From: Candidatus Tremblayella phenacoccinincola
GTDB lineage: Bacteria > Pseudomonadota > Gammaproteobacteria > Burkholderiales > Burkholderiaceae
Length of the DNA: 32,000 nucleotides
Reading direction: 5' to 3'
Assembly: GCF_009805595.3 (NCBI RefSeq)
Contig: NZ_VMQO03000001.1
Coordinates: 1-32,000 of the forward strand
The translations under genes were made by a program, and so were the position numbers. The notes beneath the pieces are model-generated. The model searched no databases and had not been told where the DNA came from. It saw nothing but the letters and a program-made list of their open reading frames with translations. This document shows, piece after piece, positions 15,819-25,784 of this stretch. Numbering within the stretch: the stretch's first letter is position 1; each line of letters begins with the position of its first letter.

Positions 15819-18227
15819 ATGCAAGTTCATCATCTTATGACGAAAAGCTCTAAGCTACCCCTGTTATCCTTGAAAGATATTGTTATGTTTCCCGGAATGG
15901 CTCTTCCAATATTTGTAGACAGGAAGAGAACCATTAACACTGTGGAACTAACAAAAGCTAATGCCATAAGACTGATGATAGTTACACAAAAGAACTGCAT
16001 TAGCAAACAGTGTGCAGCTGAACTCTACAATATAGGCTGTATAGGCGTAATTAGACAGCTTTTGAGACTACCTGATGGTACAATGAAAGTTATGGTTGAA
16101 GGTGTACAAAGGTCTGAAATAATATCAACAAGATCTAACAACTTCCAATGCTGCGAAGTAATACCTTTTGCATATGAATATCAAACCTCTAACCCAAGAA
16201 CCATAGAAAGCTTGTTTAGGATGGTAGTCAATAGATTCGAATGTTACCTACATTTGAACAAAAGATATTCTGAAGAAGCTGAACTTACACTAAGAATGAT
16301 TGGTGGCTTTGACCTAAAGGAAGTTAACAAGTTGTTTGATACTATTGCTATTAGCGTAGTCCCAGGTTTAAAACAGAAGCAAAGAATGTTAGAAGCACCC
16401 ACCATTGAAGCAAGACTTGAAATCTTAGCAGAAAGGATAGAGTATGAGATGAGTTCTTTGTTATTAGAAGATAGACTGCAAGATAGAATTAAGCACCAAA
16501 TGGAGAAGAGCCAAAAGGAATATTTCTTACATGAACAGCTCAAAGCAATACAAAAGGAGCTAGGTGAACCTGAAGAGCTTTCTGACATTGATAGAGTTGT
16601 TGGTTGTATTGAGGCTTCAAAAATGCCTGAGGATGTGAAAGCTAAAGCCAAAAGAGAATTGAGAAAGCTAAGAACAATGGCTCCTTCATCTGCGGATTCT
16701 AACGTAATACGAAGCTATATTGAAGTCCTCATTTCCTTGCCTTGGAAAAGGAAAAGCGTAGCTCAAATAGATATCAATAAAGCTGAAGACCTTCTGAATG
16801 CTAACCACTATGGTTTAAGCGAAGTAAAAAGCAGAGTAATAGAACATTTAGTTATTAGTAAACGAGCTGGTAAAGCGAGAACACCTATCCTCTGTTTTGT
16901 TGGACCACCAGGTGTTGGAAAAACTTCACTTGGAAGATCTATTGCAAAAGCTATTGGCAGAAGGTTTGTTAGAGCTTCTTTAGGTGGAGTTCATGATGAA
17001 GCAGAAATCAGAGGACATCGACGAACGTATGTAGGCTCAATGCCAGGTAAAATACTTCAAAGCTTAATAAAAGTAAAAGTATGCAACCCGCTTTTTTTGC
17101 TGGATGAAGTTGATAAGGTTGGTTCAGACTTAAGAGGTGACCCTGCATCAGCATTACTAGAAGTTTTAGATCCTGAACAAAACTCTTTTTTTTGTGATCA
17201 CTATATTGAAGTTGAGTTTGATCTTTCGGACGTTATGTTTATCGCAACTGCAAATTCCCTTAACATTCCAAAACCTCTAGTTGATAGAATGGAAGTAATA
17301 AAGATTCCTGGTTACACTGAAGATGAGAAAGCAAACATTGCACATGCCTACCTGATTAAAAAACATCTGATAAATAGTGGTTTGAAAGAAGGGGAGGTTT
17401 GTTTCTCCAAGAATGCAATTAACGAAATGATTAGATATTATACTCGAGAACCTGGCGTACGCTCATTAGAAAAAGAAATAGCTAAGATCTGTAGAAAAAT
17501 AGCTAGGAAAGCTTTAAACTTGAAGGAGTCAACGCACCATGTAATTAGCTCAAATAACTTAAAGCATTATCTTGGTAACCCAAAATATAGCATCACCAAC
17601 TCCTTAAAACAGGGTAGGATCGGACAGGTAGCGGGGTTGGCTTGGTCTGAATCAGGTGGAGACTTGTTGTTCATTGAAGCTCTGATATTGAGTGGCAAAG
17701 GTAGGATCTTGCGAACTGGCTCGTTAGGCAAGGTGATGAAGGAATCTATAGAAGCTGCTCGTTCAATAACTCGTTCTAGGGTATGTGTTGTTAATCTTTG
17801 CGCTCCAATTAGTGAAAGTGACATTCATATCCATGCACCTGAAAACGCTGTTCCAAAAGATGGTCCTTCAGCTGGTGTTGCTGTTGTGGTTTCTATATTC
17901 TCGGTGTTGACAGATAGCATTGTGCGTTCTGAAGTTGCAGTTACTGGAGAAGTTACCCTAAATGGAGAAGTTTTACCAATAGGAGGTCTGACTGAAAAGC
18001 TTTATGCTGCTCAAAGAGGAAATGCGAGAACTGTATTGATTCCAGAAGATAACCTAAAAGAATTAGAAAGCATGCCCAATCGTTCCAAGCTTACAATAAA
18101 CGTAGTCCCTATTAAATGGATAGATCAAGCCTTAATCATTATGCTAAAGACTCCTCAGAAGCTGTTAAAGTCATTCGGTGTGCCTACAGTTACCCCAAGT
18201 TCTTATGCACACCAAACAGAATACTAA
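15819..18227 (+). CDS. lon: ATP-dependent Lon protease
   Basis: 802 aa. LPLLSLKDIV.FPG, MEKSQKEYFLHEQLKAIQKELG, GPPGVGKTS, LLDEVDK and the catalytic PKDGPSAG. Confidence 0.95.
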   Translation: MQVHHLMTKSSKLPLLSLKDIVMFPGMALPIFVDRKRTINTVELTKANAIRLMIVTQKNCISKQCAAELYNIGCIGVIRQLLRLPDGTMKVMVEGVQRSEIISTRSNNFQCCEVIPFAYEYQTSNPRTIESLFRMVVNRFECYLHLNKRYSEEAELTLRMIGGFDLKEVNKLFDTIAISVVPGLKQKQRMLEAPTIEARLEILAERIEYEMSSLLLEDRLQDRIKHQMEKSQKEYFLHEQLKAIQKELGEPEELSDIDRVVGCIEASKMPEDVKAKAKRELRKLRTMAPSSADSNVIRSYIEVLISLPWKRKSVAQIDINKAEDLLNANHYGLSEVKSRVIEHLVISKRAGKARTPILCFVGPPGVGKTSLGRSIAKAIGRRFVRASLGGVHDEAEIRGHRRTYVGSMPGKILQSLIKVKVCNPLFLLDEVDKVGSDLRGDPASALLEVLDPEQNSFFCDHYIEVEFDLSDVMFIATANSLNIPKPLVDRMEVIKIPGYTEDEKANIAHAYLIKKHLINSGLKEGEVCFSKNAINEMIRYYTREPGVRSLEKEIAKICRKIARKALNLKESTHHVISSNNLKHYLGNPKYSITNSLKQGRIGQVAGLAWSESGGDLLFIEALILSGKGRILRTGSLGKVMKESIEAARSITRSRVCVVNLCAPISESDIHIHAPENAVPKDGPSAGVAVVVSIFSVLTDSIVRSEVAVTGEVTLNGEVLPIGGLTEKLYAAQRGNARTVLIPEDNLKELESMPNRSKLTINVVPIKWIDQALIIMLKTPQKLLKSFGVPTVTPSSYAHQTEY

Positions 18228-19106
18228 CTATACCTTTTCTGCAAACCTTAAGATTGCACTTCGTGAGCTAGGGTTATATTTAGCTTCTTGTTTTGATGGT
18301 TTTATTTTACTAAAGCTTTTTAGGATGTTTTTATGACTATTGTTAGATATAAAGGCTTTTACTAACTTATCTTCTATAGAATTAAAACTTAATACAACTA
18401 GCCTCCCATGTTTAGATAAAGCAGCTAAGGAGATATTTAATATAGAGCTAAGTTCTTCTAGTTCATTATTTATAAATATCCTAAAAGCTTGGAAAGTGCA
18501 TGTAGCAGGATGGGTTTTCTTTTTAGACCATCCTTTAGCTTTTGTTATAACTTTAGATAGTTCTTTCGTTCTTGTAATTCTATTCTTTTCTATATAAGCT
18601 AAAATGTCCTTAGCTATAGATATAGAAAGCTTTTCATCACCAAAGCTTTTTAATATGTTATTAACTTCATATTCTTTAGCTGAAGCTAGCCAATCAAATA
18701 ACGGCTTTCCTCTAGTATTATCCATACGCATATCTAACGGACCATCTTTATAGAATGAGAAGCCTCTTTCTGATTTAGTTAGTTGATGAAAAGAAATACC
18801 TAAGTCTAAAATAATACCATCAACCTTACCTATTAAGTTAAATACTAAAAGATATTTATCTATATTAGAGAAAGAGCTATGGATATAATAAAACCTATAG
18901 TCATTTATAGTCTTAGAATATGCATATGTATCTGGGTCACAGTCAAAGGACAGCAGTTTACCATTATTAGATAGTTTAGATAATATAAGCTTTGAATGAC
19001 CACCCATTCCAAAAGTACAATCTAAATAAGTTCCATTAGCTTTTATGTTTAGGTTCTTTATAGTTTCATGTAATAAAACAGGTGAATGTTGATAATAGCA
19101 GTTCAT
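18228..19106 (-). CDS. rsmH: 16S rRNA (cytosine1402-N4)-methyltransferase RsmH/MraW
   Basis: H.PVLL.E, DCTFG.GGHS, DGIILDLG.S..QL, RGFSF..DGPLDMRM, HPAT.TFQA.RI..N.EL and NP.SRSA.LR.AEK. Confidence 0.9.
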   Translation of the reverse strand: MNCYYQHSPVLLHETIKNLNIKANGTYLDCTFGMGGHSKLILSKLSNNGKLLSFDCDPDTYAYSKTINDYRFYYIHSSFSNIDKYLLVFNLIGKVDGIILDLGISFHQLTKSERGFSFYKDGPLDMRMDNTRGKPLFDWLASAKEYEVNNILKSFGDEKLSISIAKDILAYIEKNRITRTKELSKVITKAKGWSKKKTHPATCTFQAFRIFINNELEELSSILNISLAALSKHGRLVVLSFNSIEDKLVKAFISNNSHKNILKSFSKIKPSKQEAKYNPSSRSAILRFAEKV

Positions 19107-19207
19107 AGGTTTATGGGAGAGTGTGTGTGTGAGAGAAAGAATAGCTGAGGGTTGGGTTTAACAATATAATATCCTTAGTGCAGTTTAGTTAATAGTTATT
19201 ATATTAT

Positions 19208-21904
19208 ATGCTAAATAAACCTAAAGCTAATATGTCCTTAAACCATAGCTATATAGCCTCAAAAGATACAGATCCAATAGAAACAAAAGGTTGGTTACTT
19301 TCTATATGTTCAGTAATAAAGACAAAAGGCTTATTGCGTTCTAAATACCTAGCCGCTAAAGTACATAATAAGCTACTAAAAACAAAAAGAAACCTATTCA
19401 GAAGAACCCAACTTCTATACATAAATACTGTTCCTTCTATAACTGAACCAACATACCCTGGTAACCTAAAACTAGAATTCTATGTATGCTCTTTTATTAG
19501 ATGGAATGCAATAATAATAATATTAAGGGCTTCAAGAAAGAATACAGAACTAGGCGGCCACATCTCCTCTTTTCAGTCTTTAGCTTTAATATATGAAGTA
19601 TGCTTTAACCACTTTTTTCAATCAGATAATAACTATAAACCCAAAGACTTAATATACTTTCAAGGCCATAGTTCTCCTGGCATATACGCAAGAACATATA
19701 TAGAAGAAAGACTAACTGAACCCCAATTAAATAGCTTTCGTCAAGAAGTAAAAAGAAAAGGTATTTCATCATATCCACATCCAAAACTAATGCCTAGCTT
19801 TTGGCAGTTCCCTACTGTTTCTATGGGTCTTACTTCAGTTAATGCTATATATCAAGCTAGATTCCTAAAATACTTAGAAAATAGAGATCTTAAAGATACT
19901 AAAGCTATAAAGGTATATGCTTTTTTAGGGGATGGAGAACTGGATGAACCAGAATCTAAAGGAGCAATTTCGATAGCTTCTCGAGAAAAACTAAATAACC
20001 TTATATTCATAATTAACTGTAATCTTCAAAGGCTAGATGGACCGGTATTAGGAAATAATAAGATTATCTTTGAATTAGAAAACCTATTTAATGGTTCTAG
20101 TTGGAAAGTCATAAAAGCTATTTGGGGTTCTAAATGGGACCGGCTTTTATTAAAAGACACTAGTAATAAACTAATAAAGCTATTAACTGAAACTATAGAC
20201 GGTGACTATCAAACCTTAAAAACAAAGACTGGGTTTTATATTAGGAAGTATCTTTTTGGTAAATATAATGAAACAAAAAACCTAGTAAAAAGTTTAAGTG
20301 ATAATGAACTATGGGATCTAAATAATGGCGGTCATGATCCTAAAAAGATATACGCAGCTTTCAAAAAAGCAGTTGCTGTTAGTAATAAACCAGTGGTTAT
20401 CTTATTTCATACAATAAAAGGCTATGGAATGGGAACCTTAGCTGAAAGTAAAAACATAGCACATCAAGTAAAAGCTATGTCTAAAAAAGACTTAACATAT
20501 TTTATAAACAGGTTCTACTTAACTAATATAATAAAAGATAGTTATATAGGCTTCTTACCATACTTAAGGTTTTATAGGCATTCAAAAGAATATCTGTATA
20601 TTCATAAGAGACGTCAGCTATTACATGGTTATATACCGAAAAGACTAAAAAGGTTTACAGAAAAGATAAACCTTTTCATATTCGATATATCAAAAGCTAT
20701 AATAAAACCCATAAGAACTTCTATAACTTTAGGACTTATAAAGCTACTAAATAAGTTAGTTGATCTAAGCTATATTAAAGCTAGGTTAGTTATTATTATA
20801 GCTGATGAAGCTAGGACTTTTGGTATAGAAAGCTTATTTAAAAAGATAGGCATATATAATATAGATGGACAAAAATACATTCCACAAGACTATTTGTCTC
20901 TTTTTTGCTATCGTGAATATAAAAAGGGACAGGTATTACAAGAAGGCATTAACGAATTAGGTGCTTCTAGTTCATGGTTATCCGCTTCAACAGCATACAG
21001 TAACAATAACTTAGCTATGGTTCCTTTTTATATTTATTATTCAATGTTTGGGTTTCAAAGAGTTGGGGACTTACTATGGGCAGCAGGCGATCAACAAGCA
21101 AGAGGCTTTTTAATAGGAGGTGTGGCTGGAAAAACATCGCTTAGTGGTGAAGGGCTCCAGCATGCAGACGGGCATAGCCATATCCAGTCATTAACAATAC
21201 CAAACTGCATTTCGTATGACCCAACCTACGTCTATGAAATACTAGCTATCATACATAATGGAATATATCGTTTATATGGAGAAAAGCAAGATAATGCATA
21301 TCTTTATATTACTATCTATAATGAAACCTATTCTATGTTTAATATAAAGAAAGGCATAAAAGCTGGAATATGTAAAGGAATATATAAGCTAGGTTCTACT
21401 ATGGGAATCAGAGGTAGGGCTCAACTATTGGGTTCAGGTTCTATTCTGTGTAATGTGTATAACGCTGCTAAGGTTCTCTCAAAAGAATATGATATTAGTT
21501 CGGATATCTACAGCGTAACTTCTTTTACTGAATTAGCAAGGGATGGCCAAGACTGTGAACGTTGGAATATGCTACATCCTAAAGAAAAACCAACTATTCC
21601 ATATGTTTCTAGCTTACTTAATAAATACCCGTCTGTAGCTGCAACAGATTATATGAGGATGTATGCAGAGCAAATAAGAAGATATATCCCTAGTAAACAA
21701 TATTATGTTTTAGGTACAGATGGGTTTGGTCTTTCTGATAACCGCAGTTGCTTACGTAGTTACTTCGAAAATGACACTAAATATATAGTTATTGCTGTAT
21801 TGTATGTATTAACAAAATGTAATGCTATTTCTAATAACTTAATAATTGATGCTATTCTAAACCTTAATATTAATTGTAATAAACTTAATCCACGTATTTT
21901 ATAA
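19208..21904 (+). CDS. aceE: Pyruvate dehydrogenase E1 component
   Basis: 898 aa with long runs identical to E. coli AceE as I remember it: DPIET, SSYPHPKLMP.FWQFPTVSMGL, INCNLQRLDGPV, GGHDPKKIYAAFKKA, PFYIYYSMFGFQR, DGHSHIQSLTIPNCISYDP and SVTSFTELARDGQDCERWNMLHP. Confidence 0.96.
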   Translation: MLNKPKANMSLNHSYIASKDTDPIETKGWLLSICSVIKTKGLLRSKYLAAKVHNKLLKTKRNLFRRTQLLYINTVPSITEPTYPGNLKLEFYVCSFIRWNAIIIILRASRKNTELGGHISSFQSLALIYEVCFNHFFQSDNNYKPKDLIYFQGHSSPGIYARTYIEERLTEPQLNSFRQEVKRKGISSYPHPKLMPSFWQFPTVSMGLTSVNAIYQARFLKYLENRDLKDTKAIKVYAFLGDGELDEPESKGAISIASREKLNNLIFIINCNLQRLDGPVLGNNKIIFELENLFNGSSWKVIKAIWGSKWDRLLLKDTSNKLIKLLTETIDGDYQTLKTKTGFYIRKYLFGKYNETKNLVKSLSDNELWDLNNGGHDPKKIYAAFKKAVAVSNKPVVILFHTIKGYGMGTLAESKNIAHQVKAMSKKDLTYFINRFYLTNIIKDSYIGFLPYLRFYRHSKEYLYIHKRRQLLHGYIPKRLKRFTEKINLFIFDISKAIIKPIRTSITLGLIKLLNKLVDLSYIKARLVIIIADEARTFGIESLFKKIGIYNIDGQKYIPQDYLSLFCYREYKKGQVLQEGINELGASSSWLSASTAYSNNNLAMVPFYIYYSMFGFQRVGDLLWAAGDQQARGFLIGGVAGKTSLSGEGLQHADGHSHIQSLTIPNCISYDPTYVYEILAIIHNGIYRLYGEKQDNAYLYITIYNETYSMFNIKKGIKAGICKGIYKLGSTMGIRGRAQLLGSGSILCNVYNAAKVLSKEYDISSDIYSVTSFTELARDGQDCERWNMLHPKEKPTIPYVSSLLNKYPSVAATDYMRMYAEQIRRYIPSKQYYVLGTDGFGLSDNRSCLRSYFENDTKYIVIAVLYVLTKCNAISNNLIIDAILNLNINCNKLNPRIL

Positions 21905-21908
21905 TATA

Positions 21909-23105
21909 ATGACTATTAAAATCAATGTACCGGATATTGGGAATAAAGAAATGGAAGTTATTGAAGTTCTTATTAAGGAAGGAGATATTATAAAACATAA
22001 ACAACCATTATTAATAGCCGAAGGAGATAAAACATCTATTGAAGTTCCTTCCCCTACTAATGGAACCGTAGAGGCCATAAAAGTAACTATTGGTGATAAG
22101 ATAAAAACCGGTTCTTTAATAATGACTCTTAAAGAAATAAACCCATTAAGTTCCCCAAAAAGAACCAACTCAAATAACTCAAAAGTAACAACAGATAATA
22201 GCTATACAGGTTCTGAGTTATTGAATACATATTCAACACCAAAACTAAAGCGCTTAGCAAATAAGTTCGATATTAAGTTAGCTTCTATTAAGGGGTCAGG
22301 AAATAAAGGACGTGTATTAGAATCTGATATACAATGCTATATTAAATCTAAACTAAAACAAGCTAACGAAACCCTAACTAACAAACTAAGTTCTAATATG
22401 TTTGGTAATATAAAAGAAATAACTATAAAAAGAACCCAAAAGCTATTAGGAAAAGCTCTCCATAAAAGCTGGTTAACTATTCCACACGTTACACAGTTTG
22501 ATGAAGCTGATGTAACAGATCTAGAAAGGTTCCGTATTAAGCAAAATATAAAGCTCAATAATAAGACCATAAAACATAAAGTTACTTTGTTATCTTTTCT
22601 AATTAAGGTTGTTTCTAAGGTTCTAAAAGAAATGCCATTATTTAATAGTTCTATAGCTGAAGATAATGATAAGATAATATATAAAGAATATGTTAATATA
22701 GGAATAGCTGTTAATACAGGTAAAGAATTATTAGTGCCAGTTATCCGAAATGTTGATAAGAAAGATATAATAGAGTTATCATATGACTTACTAGAAGTTT
22801 CTAATAAGGCTAAGCTAGGAAAGCTCAGGAATGAGGACTTTCAAGGGGGAAGCTTTACTATTTCTAACTTAGGAAACATAGGCGGTAGTTATTTTACTCC
22901 TATAGTTAACTATCCAGAAGTAGCAATTCTTGGTGTATCTAAGACCTATATAAAACCAATATGGAACGGTAATAAGTTTATAGCTAGGCTAATAATACCA
23001 ATATCTTTATCTTATGACCATAGAATAATTAATGGTGCTGAAGGTGCTAGTTTTATAAGAATGCTTAATTATATAATATCAGATATTCGTTATTTACTAG
23101 CTTAA
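21909..23105 (+). CDS. aceF: Dihydrolipoamide acetyltransferase E2 of pyruvate dehydrogenase (single lipoyl domain)
   Basis: One lipoyl domain (EGDKTSIEVPS), an E3-binding domain (TPKLKRLANKFDI.L..IKGSG.KGR) and a catalytic domain (SLSYDHRIINGA). Confidence 0.93.
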   Translation: MTIKINVPDIGNKEMEVIEVLIKEGDIIKHKQPLLIAEGDKTSIEVPSPTNGTVEAIKVTIGDKIKTGSLIMTLKEINPLSSPKRTNSNNSKVTTDNSYTGSELLNTYSTPKLKRLANKFDIKLASIKGSGNKGRVLESDIQCYIKSKLKQANETLTNKLSSNMFGNIKEITIKRTQKLLGKALHKSWLTIPHVTQFDEADVTDLERFRIKQNIKLNNKTIKHKVTLLSFLIKVVSKVLKEMPLFNSSIAEDNDKIIYKEYVNIGIAVNTGKELLVPVIRNVDKKDIIELSYDLLEVSNKAKLGKLRNEDFQGGSFTISNLGNIGGSYFTPIVNYPEVAILGVSKTYIKPIWNGNKFIARLIIPISLSYDHRIINGAEGASFIRMLNYIISDIRYLLA

Positions 23106-23126
23106 ACTACAATAACTAATAAAATA

Positions 23127-24545
23127 ATGAACTTTAAGTTTAAAACAAATGTTATAGTTATTGGTTCAGGCCCTGGGGGTTATTCAGCTGCTTTTAGGTG
23201 TGCTGACTTAAATCTAAATACCATCTTAATAGAACAATATAATAATATTGGAGGCGTATGTTTGAATGTTGGATGCGTTCCATCTAAAACCTTATTACAT
23301 TTAGTAAAAGTTATTAGCGAAATAAAAGCTATAAAAAGATATGGTTTATTATACAACAATGAAGAAATAAATATCAATAAGATACGAAGCTGGAAAAACA
23401 ATATTATTATCAAAGTTAACAGCTCTTTATATAAGCTAGCTAAAGTCCGTAATGTCAAAGTTATTAACGGATATAGCTTTTTTATTAACAGAAATACTAT
23501 CCAAATTAATAACAATAAAAGCATAACAGCAGTTAACTTTGAATCCATAATTATAGCAACTGGTTCAAAACCTATATTGTTACCAATTATTAAACCAATA
23601 GTCTATAAAAACATATGGACTTCATCTGATGCTTTAAAACTAAAGCTAATACCAAAAACATCTTTAGCTATAGGAGGCGGAGTTATAAACTTAGAGCTAG
23701 CAACAATATATAGCTATTTAGGTTCAGTAGTAAATATCATAGAAGCCTTTAACCAATTATTACCAGAAGTTGATAAAGATATAGTTAATGTCTTTATTCA
23801 AGAAACCAAACCAAAAGCTAATATTATATTAAATACAAAAGTAATATCAATAAAAAGCAGAAGAAATAAAGTATATACAAAGCTATATAATAAAGAACTC
23901 TATACTGTCCTAAAAAGCTATGATATAATAGTGATTGCAATTGGACGTCTACCAAATATCAGTTTACTTAGTTTAGAAAAGACTAATGTTAAAACTATCA
24001 AAGGCTATATATGCGTCAATAAACAAATGCGTACTAACATATCGAATATTTATGCTATAGGTGATGTCATAGGAAAGCCTATGTTAGCTCATAAAGCGGC
24101 TAATGAATCACATATTGTTGCTGAAGTTATAGCTGGGAAAAGCTACTATTTTGAACCAAAAGCTATTCCAATTATTATATACACTCAACCTGAAATAGCA
24201 TTAGTAGGATATACAGAACGAAAAGCTATAGAAGATAATATAAACTATGAAGCTTCTATATTTCCATGGTTAGCTTCTAGTAAAGCAATAATATCCAATT
24301 CTAAATATGGAATAACAAAATTAATCTTTGATATAAAAACAAATAAGATAATAGGTGGTCTAATAATTGGTTCAGATGCTGGAGAGTTAATAGGAGAACT
24401 AACTTTAGCAATAGAAATGAGTTGTGATGCTGAAGATATAACATTAAGTATTCATGCCCATCCTACATTATATGAATCGATAAATATAGCATCTCAAATA
24501 TATACAGGCACTGTAACAGACTTATTAAACTTCAAAGCTAAATAA
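23127..24545 (+). CDS. lpdA: Dihydrolipoyl dehydrogenase (E3)
   Basis: GSGPGGYSAAFR, redox disulfide GGVCLNVGCVPSK, GGG.I.LE, AIGD and HAHPTL.E. Confidence 0.95.
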   Translation: MNFKFKTNVIVIGSGPGGYSAAFRCADLNLNTILIEQYNNIGGVCLNVGCVPSKTLLHLVKVISEIKAIKRYGLLYNNEEININKIRSWKNNIIIKVNSSLYKLAKVRNVKVINGYSFFINRNTIQINNNKSITAVNFESIIIATGSKPILLPIIKPIVYKNIWTSSDALKLKLIPKTSLAIGGGVINLELATIYSYLGSVVNIIEAFNQLLPEVDKDIVNVFIQETKPKANIILNTKVISIKSRRNKVYTKLYNKELYTVLKSYDIIVIAIGRLPNISLLSLEKTNVKTIKGYICVNKQMRTNISNIYAIGDVIGKPMLAHKAANESHIVAEVIAGKSYYFEPKAIPIIIYTQPEIALVGYTERKAIEDNINYEASIFPWLASSKAIISNSKYGITKLIFDIKTNKIIGGLIIGSDAGELIGELTLAIEMSCDAEDITLSIHAHPTLYESINIASQIYTGTVTDLLNFKAK

Positions 24546-24547
24546 CA

Positions 24548-24757
24548 TTAACGAATACGAAATAGAAACCTACCTCTATTTAAAACATAAGGAGTGACTT
24601 CAACAATTACTTTATCTCCTGTTAAAAAACGTATATAGGGTTTACGTAAACTATGAACCATAACAACATGACCATTTACTAACTCTACAAGAAAGCTAGC
24701 ATTAGGTAATATTTCTAGGATAGTACCTTGTAGCTCAATAGTTATAGCTTTTATCAT
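24548..24757 (-). CDS. infA: Translation initiation factor IF-1
   Basis: 69 aa. [26 protein letters not shown] and [17 protein letters not shown] parallel E. coli IF1. Confidence 0.93.
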   Translation of the reverse strand: MIKAITIELQGTILEILPNASFLVELVNGHVVMVHSLRKPYIRFLTGDKVIVEVTPYVLNRGRFLFRIR

Positions 24758-24775
24758 TAACTAATCCTTTTAGTT

Positions 24776-24782
24776 GGGGGGG
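24776..24782 (-). repeat. C7 homopolymer on the - strand (G7 on the + strand) between the trxB stop and the infA start
   Basis: Counted directly. It lies 18 nt upstream of the infA ATG on the infA sense strand. Confidence 0.95.
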
Positions 24783-24784
24783 TT

Positions 24785-25726
24785 TTAACCACATATGCTA
24801 TTAAAAAAAGCTTTAGTATCTAAAGCAGCCATACACCCACTTCCAGCTGAAGTTATTGCTTGTCGATAGTAACTATCAACAGCATCTCCTGCCGCATATA
24901 CACCAGGAATAGAAGTAGCTGTTGAACTATTAAACCCAGTTCTTGTTTTAATATAGCCTTTATTTAATAATAGCTGTTCCTTAAAAACACTAGTATTAGG
25001 AACATTGCCTATTGCGATGAAAAGACCATCAACAGATATCTTTTTAATATTATTATTGATAATGCTTTTTAGTTTTATGTTAGTAACATATGTTTTATTA
25101 CCTAATATTTCTTCAACGATATGATTCAAATGTAAAACAATAGCTTTATTTAAAACCTTAAACATTAGCTTTTTTATTGTTATAGCTTCCGCTTTAAAAT
25201 AGTTACGACGATGGATTAGGTGTGTTTTATTGGCTATATCTGATAAAAATAGAACTTCTTCTAAGGCGGAGTTTCCCCCACCTATTACCCCTACGTTTTT
25301 GTTATGGTAAAAATATCCATCACAAATAGCGCAGGTTGAAACTCCTTTTCCTTTATAAAACCCTTCTGATTCTAATCCTAAATATTTAGGTGAAGAGCCA
25401 GTAGCGATGATTAATGAATCACAATAGTATTTTTCATTACCTAATAAATAGAAAGGCTTTTCAAGTAAGTTAGTCTTGATAATACTATCAAATATAAGCT
25501 TTACTTTAAGTTTAACTACGTGAGAATACATACGTTCCATTAAAAGCTGGCCAGTTAAACCTTCAGCTTCTCCAGGCCAGTTTTCAATATTATTTGTATT
25601 AATTAACTGACCACCTATCGAATTTCCAGTTATTAGTATTGGTTTTATATTAGATCTAGCTGCGTATATTGCAGCTGTATATCCGGCAGGACCTGTTCCT
25701 AATATAATTAGCTTATAGTAGTTCAT
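24785..25726 (-). CDS. trxB: Thioredoxin reductase
   Basis: ILGTGPAGYTAAIYAAR, redox CAICDG, GGGNSA.EE, HLIHRR, AAGD and YRQAITSAGSGCMAALD. Confidence 0.95.
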   Translation of the reverse strand: MNYYKLIILGTGPAGYTAAIYAARSNIKPILITGNSIGGQLINTNNIENWPGEAEGLTGQLLMERMYSHVVKLKVKLIFDSIIKTNLLEKPFYLLGNEKYYCDSLIIATGSSPKYLGLESEGFYKGKGVSTCAICDGYFYHNKNVGVIGGGNSALEEVLFLSDIANKTHLIHRRNYFKAEAITIKKLMFKVLNKAIVLHLNHIVEEILGNKTYVTNIKLKSIINNNIKKISVDGLFIAIGNVPNTSVFKEQLLLNKGYIKTRTGFNSSTATSIPGVYAAGDAVDSYYRQAITSAGSGCMAALDTKAFFNSICG

Positions 25727-25784
25727 ATGCTTTTGTAGTAGATATTTATTAAAAGAACTAAGTTAAAGAATAATAACATAGGTA

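Noticed and set aside
3474-19207. Exact 16-mer ATAGTTATTATATTAT upstream of both dnaB (3474-3489) and aceE (19192-19207, abutting the ATG)
   Set aside because: It is tempting as a shared promoter or junction motif for AT-rich blocks. My rough estimate is that one such 16-nt A/T-only match is about what chance gives in roughly 16 kb of about 28% GC sequence. The flanks do not align.
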